Assembly: GCA_044869275.1 (NCBI GenBank)
Contig: JBIOXB010000239.1
Coordinates: 1-64,000, forward strand
Direction of reading: 5' to 3'
DNA from: a bacterium
Lineage (GTDB): Bacteria; Zhuqueibacterota; Zhuqueibacteria; Zhuqueibacterales; Zhuqueibacteraceae
Length of the DNA: 64,000 nt
A model generated the notes under the pieces. The model did no database searches, had not been told where the DNA came from, and saw nothing but the letters and a program-made list of their open reading frames with translations. Made by a program: the position numbers and the translations under genes. This document shows positions 58,421-64,000 of this stretch, one piece after another. Positions within the stretch are counted from its first letter, which is position 1. Each line of letters opens with the position of its first letter.

Positions 58421-58773
58421 GCGGTCATTAGTAAGGCGAAGACCGCTTGCGAGGTATCGGGCCACGCCACTCCAGACCATTTTGTTGAAGTCAACAAAAT
58501 GGTTGACCTCGGCTCTGGTAGTCAGCGTGAAGTGGATGATCTCATGCTCACACGGAGATTACCATCTTCAATGCCAAACAATGGCAAATGAATGCCGAAA
58601 GTGTAATTTCTAATGAGCATATCACCAACAACAAAGCCGTTCGCAAAACGCTGCTCGAACGTGGTATCCGCCCGGAAAGCCTGCCGGCGGCAGAAGACGT
58701 AAAAAAGGTCGAGCGCCGCCTTGCCTCAGAAGAGAAGAAATCCTTGAAGAATCCCGACGCTCTGGACTCCTAA
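58421..58773 (+). pseudogene. dinD: DNA-damage-inducible protein D remnant (5' truncated, internal deletion with frameshift)
   Basis: One frame reads AVISKAKTACEVSGHATPDHFVEVNKMVDLGSGSQREVDDLMLTR; it switches at ~58552 to TEITIFNAK...EHITNNKAVRKTLLERGIRPESLPAAEDVKKVERRL. Confidence 0.8.
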
Positions 58774-58840
58774 GATTGCTTCAGCGCTATCGTTCCTCGT
58801 CAGGAGGTGTACCTTAGCCGAACATGAATGCCAGTATTTT

Positions 58841-61800
58841 TTAGATTTCATCTGCGCCCAAAGCACGCATGGCGATAATATTCACACTCACCGCCCCGTA
58901 CTCTTCCTCCACCCTGCCGCCGATGACCAAGGGTCTGATCTTCGCCAGCAGGCGGCAGAATTTGTCATAGGCACGCGGGAACAAAGTGGCGTGAAAAATT
59001 CCGGTTTCATCTTCAAACGCCCAAAATTGCATGGACTCGTCCGTCTTGGTGGTGACGTCTTTGCTGGCAATGGGCCAGCCGGCGAGCTGAACGAATTTGC
59101 CCACGTGTTGAAACAAATCGACCGCTTGCACGCGTTTGATTTTTGCGATGGCGGCGCGGTATTCATCCAAAGGATGGCGCGAGATCAATGTGCCAAATGC
59201 GGTAATTTCACGCTGCAGGCATTCTTGCTTGCTATGCGGCCGGCAGCAGTGCTGGGCGCGCGCTTTCTGCTCGTCATAGCAATCGTCGAAATCACGCGGC
59301 CGGCCCAAGCCGGTCCAATAAGAATAAAGATAATGCAAGGCCGCTTGTGACAATTCCGGCTCCAGTTGGTCAAACACGCCGGCCATGATCAGCCTTTCCA
59401 TGTCTGCGTCTTGAATGGGGACACGCTTTAAAAAATCCTGAAATGATCTGAATCGCCCGCGTTGCTGGCGTTCGTCCACGATCCGGTCCTTGGCCTCAGC
59501 GTGCACCCCCTGTATCCACATCAAGCCAATCCTAACTTGCTGGCCTTCGCCGGTGCATTTGACCTCGCTTGCGTTGATGTCCGGCAGCAAGACTTGCAAG
59601 CCTGTTCTTTGGCATTCGCTGACATATGCGCGAAATCCCCAAAATCCGCCGTGATAGGACAAGCGCGCAGCCATGAACTCAGCAGGATAATGCGCTTTGA
59701 GATAAACACAGGTCAACGCTAGAATCACATACGAAGCGCTGTGCGCTTTGAGAAAGCTGTAATGCACGAATTGCAGAATTTGCTCGGCCGTTTGCCGGGC
59801 AACTTGTTCTGGAACGCCGTTCCTCCGGCAGCCTGCGAGGTATTTGCGCATCAGGGCGCGCAGGCGCTGCTCGGATTTTTTAGCGGTCAGGGCTTTGCGC
59901 AGGGCATCGGCTTCCACTTCGGAGAAGCCGGCCAATTCCATGGCCACCAAGTTGACATGCTCTTGATACACCAGAATGCCATAGGTTTCACCCAAGATTG
60001 GAGCAAGCTTGGGGTGCAAATACTCAAATTTTCCGCCATAAAACCGCCGCAGAAATTCCTGCATGCTCTTGTTGCTGGCGGGTCGAATGATGGACGACAG
60101 AATCACCAAGACCTCAAAGATGCGCTGCGGGCCGGTTTTTTTAAGCGCCGGTCCGATTTTCTGCAAGAGCTGCAAAAAAGACGCAGACTCAATATGAAAA
60201 CAGGCCATGGTTTTGGCCTGGACGATGAGCTCGCAGGTTTTGCGGTCAGAGGCAAAACGCTGCCAATCGCGGTAGTCGAGGTCAACGCCGTATTTCTCCT
60301 TGATCGCCGCCAGTGCATCGCGAATCACACACAGTGAGGTATTCCCCAGAATATCCACTTTGACCAAGCGCAGAACGTTTTCGGTTTGATCTTTTTCAGT
60401 TTGAATGGCGATGATGCCGTTTTTTGAGCGCTGGCGCGGGAGGTAATGATCGATGCCCTCGGGCGCAATCACGATGCCGCCGGGATGAAGCGACAGATGC
60501 GAAGGAACGCCCACCAGTTTCTCAGCATCCTGCAAAATCTGCGGCCATTTGTCCGAGAGCTTCACCCCGCGAAACATGGGGTGGGTTTTGTAGAAAGATG
60601 CGATGCTGCCGCCCCAGCCGGAAAAGTAACGCGTCACTTGCGCAATCTCAGCCTGGGGCAGGCCCTCCAATTCCGCCAAGCGCCGGATCGCCTGGCGCAT
60701 GCCCATGCAATTGTGATTCGCCACCATGGCCACGTGCTTTTCACCGTAATCGGCAAAGATGGAATCGATGATGCCGCGGCGCTCGTCCTGGCAATAGTCC
60801 ATGTCGATGTCCGGCGGATCGGTGCGCGCTTCATTGAGAAAGCGGCCGAAGTAGAGATCGCAAGAGATGGGATCGACCGCGGTAATGTCGAGCAGATGGC
60901 TGATCAAACTGGCGGCGGCTGAGCCGCGACCGCAAGTGTATTTCGCCTTTTGTACGATCTCCCGCATCACTAAAAAAGTATCGGCAAAACCTTTGCGAAT
61001 GACCAGATCGAGCTCCTTGTCCAAACGCGCCATCACTTCCGGCGAGGCCAGGTATTTTTTCTGCGCGGCAGCAATGGTGAGCTCGCGCAAAACTTCTGCA
61101 GAGGATTTGCCGGAAGGAAGTGTGGCGGCCGGGAAGATCATGCGGTCAAAACGCAAACGAAACGCCGCGCATTTTTCCGCAATGGTCACGGTGTTTCTGA
61201 GCGCTTCAGGATAGGCAGAAAACTCTTCTGCCATCTGCGCCGCGCTTTTGAACCAGGCTTCGGGGTGGGCGAGTTCAGCAGGCGGAACGGTTTTGAGAGT
61301 CTTTTTCAGATTGATTGCGCGCAATTTGACATGCAATTCATAATCCTCGCGCGCGAGAAAGTGAACGTCATTGGTAACCACCGCGGGAATGCCGGTGGCG
61401 CGGCTAAACGCCATGGCCGCACTGCGATTTTGGCCGGGACGAAGCTCGGCATACAAATCTGCCGTGCCGCCCTGCGCCCGCAAGTGTTCGAGCAGTGAAA
61501 AACAATCGGTGATAATGACCAAGCCTTCATTTCTCTGGGTGAGAGCTTCCGGCAGCGCAAAGGCCGGATCGAGATGGCGTTGTGAAATGAGATGGCAAAG
61601 GTGAGAGTAACCCGTGCGCGTAAAGGGCAAAAGCACGGCTCGGCCCGTGGCATGACGAATCTCCGCACCCACGATCGGCGTGAGCTGATATTCCGAACAC
61701 GCTTCTAAAAACCAGCCCAGGCCATAAAGGCCGTTGACCTCGGTGAGCGCGAGGGCACTGCAGCCCAGCTGTCGGGCGTGGCGGCAAAGATTTTCGATGG

Positions 61801-61855
61801 AGGCCGTGCCCACGCCCATGGAATAAAACGAGCGCACGGAAAGATGTGTGAACAT
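58841..61855 (-). CDS. dnaE2: error-prone DNA polymerase III alpha subunit (DnaE2/ImuC-like)
   Basis: PHP start FTHLSVRSFYS, GRGSAAAS, PPDIDMD, HPGG, KVDILG, YSFLKAHS, OB fold FEDETG; short (1004 aa); adjacent to an ImuB-like gene. Confidence 0.88.
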   Translation of the reverse strand: MFTHLSVRSFYSMGVGTASIENLCRHARQLGCSALALTEVNGLYGLGWFLEACSEYQLTPIVGAEIRHATGRAVLLPFTRTGYSHLCHLISQRHLDPAFALPEALTQRNEGLVIITDCFSLLEHLRAQGGTADLYAELRPGQNRSAAMAFSRATGIPAVVTNDVHFLAREDYELHVKLRAINLKKTLKTVPPAELAHPEAWFKSAAQMAEEFSAYPEALRNTVTIAEKCAAFRLRFDRMIFPAATLPSGKSSAEVLRELTIAAAQKKYLASPEVMARLDKELDLVIRKGFADTFLVMREIVQKAKYTCGRGSAAASLISHLLDITAVDPISCDLYFGRFLNEARTDPPDIDMDYCQDERRGIIDSIFADYGEKHVAMVANHNCMGMRQAIRRLAELEGLPQAEIAQVTRYFSGWGGSIASFYKTHPMFRGVKLSDKWPQILQDAEKLVGVPSHLSLHPGGIVIAPEGIDHYLPRQRSKNGIIAIQTEKDQTENVLRLVKVDILGNTSLCVIRDALAAIKEKYGVDLDYRDWQRFASDRKTCELIVQAKTMACFHIESASFLQLLQKIGPALKKTGPQRIFEVLVILSSIIRPASNKSMQEFLRRFYGGKFEYLHPKLAPILGETYGILVYQEHVNLVAMELAGFSEVEADALRKALTAKKSEQRLRALMRKYLAGCRRNGVPEQVARQTAEQILQFVHYSFLKAHSASYVILALTCVYLKAHYPAEFMAARLSYHGGFWGFRAYVSECQRTGLQVLLPDINASEVKCTGEGQQVRIGLMWIQGVHAEAKDRIVDERQQRGRFRSFQDFLKRVPIQDADMERLIMAGVFDQLEPELSQAALHYLYSYWTGLGRPRDFDDCYDEQKARAQHCCRPHSKQECLQREITAFGTLISRHPLDEYRAAIAKIKRVQAVDLFQHVGKFVQLAGWPIASKDVTTKTDESMQFWAFEDETGIFHATLFPRAYDKFCRLLAKIRPLVIGGRVEEEYGAVSVNIIAMRALGADEI

Positions 61856-61901
61856 GAATCATGGCAATATGGTTTCTTCGTGCCGCTTAATTTTTCGCCG
61901 C

Positions 61902-63053
61902 TCACAGCGCGCGTGCATAGCCAACCTTTTCGCCAAACCTACCCTTGATCGCGTCCAAGGCCGCCTCCAGCGTGTGACGCTTTTCTTCCTGCGTGTTTTC
62001 AAATAAAGAAAGCTGTGCCGAGAACGGAACGATTTGTGGAAGGCGCAGCATGAGCGTGCGCACACCGACGCGGCGTTGCAGGGCTTTGCGGAGCAAATGT
62101 TCCGCTGCTTGTTTGAGTGCAAAGTCATCACTCGCCGCCTGGCGCAATTTGATTTGCGCCTGCGCCGAGCGCCGATCCGAGTGCTCTATTTCCAGCACCA
62201 GACTCATGGCCGCCAGACGCTCGGCGCGCAGCTTCATCCCGGCTTCTTCAACCAGCCGCAACAACTGGTGGCGCAAAATTTCGACATCATTGGTATCCGG
62301 CGAAAGCACCACGCCAAACACCTGCTCCTGGCGTTCTTTTTCCGATATAACGGGCGAGAGATCAATGCCGTGCGCTTGTTCATTCAGCTTGCGGCCGAGC
62401 CGGCCAAACAGCACCGCCAAGTCCTCGCCTGCCAAACTGGCCACCCAACCAATGCGCCGCAGGTTCATAAGCTCGAGCTGGTGCCACATTTTACCCTCCA
62501 CCACCGGCAATAGCTGCGCCGGATGCGGGGCCAGAAACGTGCTTTCCTCACCGGCTTTCACCCAGCGCAGTTCATGGCGTTCCGGCATGGTCTGCGCCGC
62601 AATCATGCTCACCAGTTTGTTGCTCGCCAGAGCCGCCACGGCGTTCATGCCCATCTGGCGAATATCCTTCACCGTGTGATAGCAAATATGCGACAGGCGT
62701 GCGGGATTTTTTGAGATATAAGACAAATCCGCATAACCTCGGCCCAGGGGCGCATGCTCGGCCAGGGGACTTATCTTGCGCATGAGATGGAACATGGCCA
62801 CGCTGCCGCTGTGATAGTAGTGTGCATCATAGGGCAGAATCAGCAAGTCCCGGCACAGGCCTTTCGCGGCAGATAAGAGCATGCCTTGTTGAATGCCACA
62901 CGCGCCGGCTTCACGCGAAGCGGCGCGCACCAGCGCCCGCGTCTTGCCCGTTTGCACCACGGCCAGCGGCCGACCTTTGAGCTGGGGCACGCGCAGGCAT
63001 TCCATCTGCACGTGAAATTCCGGTACGGCGAAGTGTGCAACATGTCGCTCCAT
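61902..63053 (-). CDS. catalytically inactive Y-family polymerase (ImuB-like)
   Basis: P.LKGRPLAV, AASREA..CGIQQGM, ASNKLVS; catalytic acidic residues absent; QLSLF clamp motif; LEAALDAIKGRFG tail. Confidence 0.85.
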   Translation of the reverse strand: MERHVAHFAVPEFHVQMECLRVPQLKGRPLAVVQTGKTRALVRAASREAGACGIQQGMLLSAAKGLCRDLLILPYDAHYYHSGSVAMFHLMRKISPLAEHAPLGRGYADLSYISKNPARLSHICYHTVKDIRQMGMNAVAALASNKLVSMIAAQTMPERHELRWVKAGEESTFLAPHPAQLLPVVEGKMWHQLELMNLRRIGWVASLAGEDLAVLFGRLGRKLNEQAHGIDLSPVISEKERQEQVFGVVLSPDTNDVEILRHQLLRLVEEAGMKLRAERLAAMSLVLEIEHSDRRSAQAQIKLRQAASDDFALKQAAEHLLRKALQRRVGVRTLMLRLPQIVPFSAQLSLFENTQEEKRHTLEAALDAIKGRFGEKVGYARAL

Positions 63054-63055
63054 TT

Positions 63056-63310
63056 TTAATGCACCAGACTCATGCGTGCCAAGCGGCAGGACAAATCCGC
63101 GGGATCGATCACGATTTCCATGGCGGTATCTTCCTGCGTCATACAGGCGACATGAATCTTATAACCCTGCCCAAATTTTTGCCGCCACGTATTGTTGACG
63201 GCCTGCACGTGATATACCGTTTGGCCCCAAAAAATTTGCTCCGGCACGATCTTGCCGCCCCCCACTCGCAACACCACCTCCACGGCTTCGTCGATCTCCT
63301 GAAATTGCAT
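63056..63310 (-). CDS. small 84-aa protein, DUF6504/ImuB-C-like
   Basis: IDEAVEV...VPEQIFWGQTVYHVQAVNNTW; GGAGG RBS; ends 2 bp before the imuB-like start. Confidence 0.7.
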   Translation of the reverse strand: MQFQEIDEAVEVVLRVGGGKIVPEQIFWGQTVYHVQAVNNTWRQKFGQGYKIHVACMTQEDTAMEIVIDPADLSCRLARMSLVH

Positions 63311-63378
63311 AAAGCACCTCCTGTTCTTTGTCGTCCGTTCATGATGAAAATGCTCCCAGGAATGGCGCTCCCCACCCT

Positions 63379-63633
63379 TCAGCCATTGAGCTCAATCTCT
63401 AACAGTGTCCACGTTCTTTTGCCATGATGATATTCCACCACCATTTCTTTCCACACCACTGCGCTGAGCGTAATTTTTTCCACCCGGCCGTCTTTGGTTT
63501 TCCCCGTGCGGCGTTTGATCACCTTGGCCACGGCATACTGCTTCTTGTTCCACCTCACTTGCATCGGAAGTAGCTGGCCATCTTGTGTGCGGCTGATCAC
63601 GTCCACGGTCTGATTGATGGTTTTTCGAGCCAT
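63379..63633 (-). CDS. small 84-aa protein, paralogue of 63056-63310
   Basis: INQTVDV...LPMQVRWNKKQYAVAKVIKR...WTLLEI; AAGGA RBS before ATG 63633. Confidence 0.7.
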   Translation of the reverse strand: MARKTINQTVDVISRTQDGQLLPMQVRWNKKQYAVAKVIKRRTGKTKDGRVEKITLSAVVWKEMVVEYHHGKRTWTLLEIELNG

Positions 63634-63682
63634 GGGTACCGTCCTTTGATTGGTGAACAAAATTACTCATTTTGTGATGGCT

Positions 63683-63711
63683 AATATAGTGTACTTACGT
63701 ATCCCATGCAA
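63683..63711 (-). promoter_or_regulatory. sigma70-type promoter for the mutagenesis cassette
   Basis: Minus strand TTGCAT-N17-TATATT in an AT-rich intergenic region. Confidence 0.55.
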
Positions 63712-63783
63712 TGAAGAAAATAAAAAACCCCAAAATTTTTTGGGGTAGAATAGTGCCACAATTATAAACTTTAATTACATATA

Positions 63784-64000
63784 TTACATTAGGTTGCCAC
63801 GAATACGCTCATCCAGTTCTTGAACCGTCATGGGGGCGCAGCCTTCGGTGCGGTTATTCACGAGTATATAAAAAGGAATGTTGAACTCTAGAGCCTTGTC
63901 AACCAGGTCCTCGATGTCATCTCGCATCATGGGAAGCCGGGTTTTGATGGCATCGTATGGCGCGTTCATCTGCACGGCTTTCTCGTACTTCACGCCCAAC
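63784..64000 (-). CDS. 3' end of a probable DUF72 family protein (continues beyond the window)
   Basis: C-terminal YILVNNRTEGCAPMT resembles the DUF72 NN..EG.AP motif; partial sequence only. Confidence 0.6.
   Translation of the reverse strand, partial: LGVKYEKAVQMNAPYDAIKTRLPMMRDDIEDLVDKALEFNIPFYILVNNRTEGCAPMTVQELDERIRGNLM

Noticed and set aside
1..64000. tRNA, rRNA, riboswitch or intact transposase/integrase genes
   Set aside because: None recognised by eye; covariance-model searches (tRNAscan-SE, Infernal/Rfam) would be needed to exclude small RNAs.

Overview
Bacterial genomic DNA, probably from an FCB-group lineage such as KSB1, Calditrichota or Ignavibacteria. This is inferred from eight proteins carrying the NYPNPFNP-type FlgD-Ig/T9SS-like sorting domain. 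Bases 1 to about 49,100 form an almost entirely plus-strand xylan/arabinan utilisation cluster. It encodes three GH10s, GH2, GH3, GH9, GH30, GH43, GH51, GH115 and GH127, plus CE15, SGNH and CE4-like esterases and a GPH sugar transporter. It also encodes xylose isomerase, xylulokinase, oxidative pentose-pathway dehydratases and an alditol oxidase. Downstream lie an internally deleted ExeM/NucH-like nuclease and a lone 600-aa HD-CE / eIF2B-like fusion gene bracketed by 55-bp direct repeats, which is the best candidate for an undescribed system. These are followed by a MacAB-like exporter without its ATPase, dinD and GIY-YIG remnants, and a mutagenesis cassette (two small paralogues, inactive ImuB-like Y polymerase, DnaE2). 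The window is rich in small palindromic elements: REP-like doublets, one in frame inside a GH2 gene, TIR-bounded MITEs, and short-period-repeat hairpins. It also shows several deletion and duplication scars. No rRNA, tRNA or CRISPR array was seen. All family calls come from motif recognition by eye; no database search was run.
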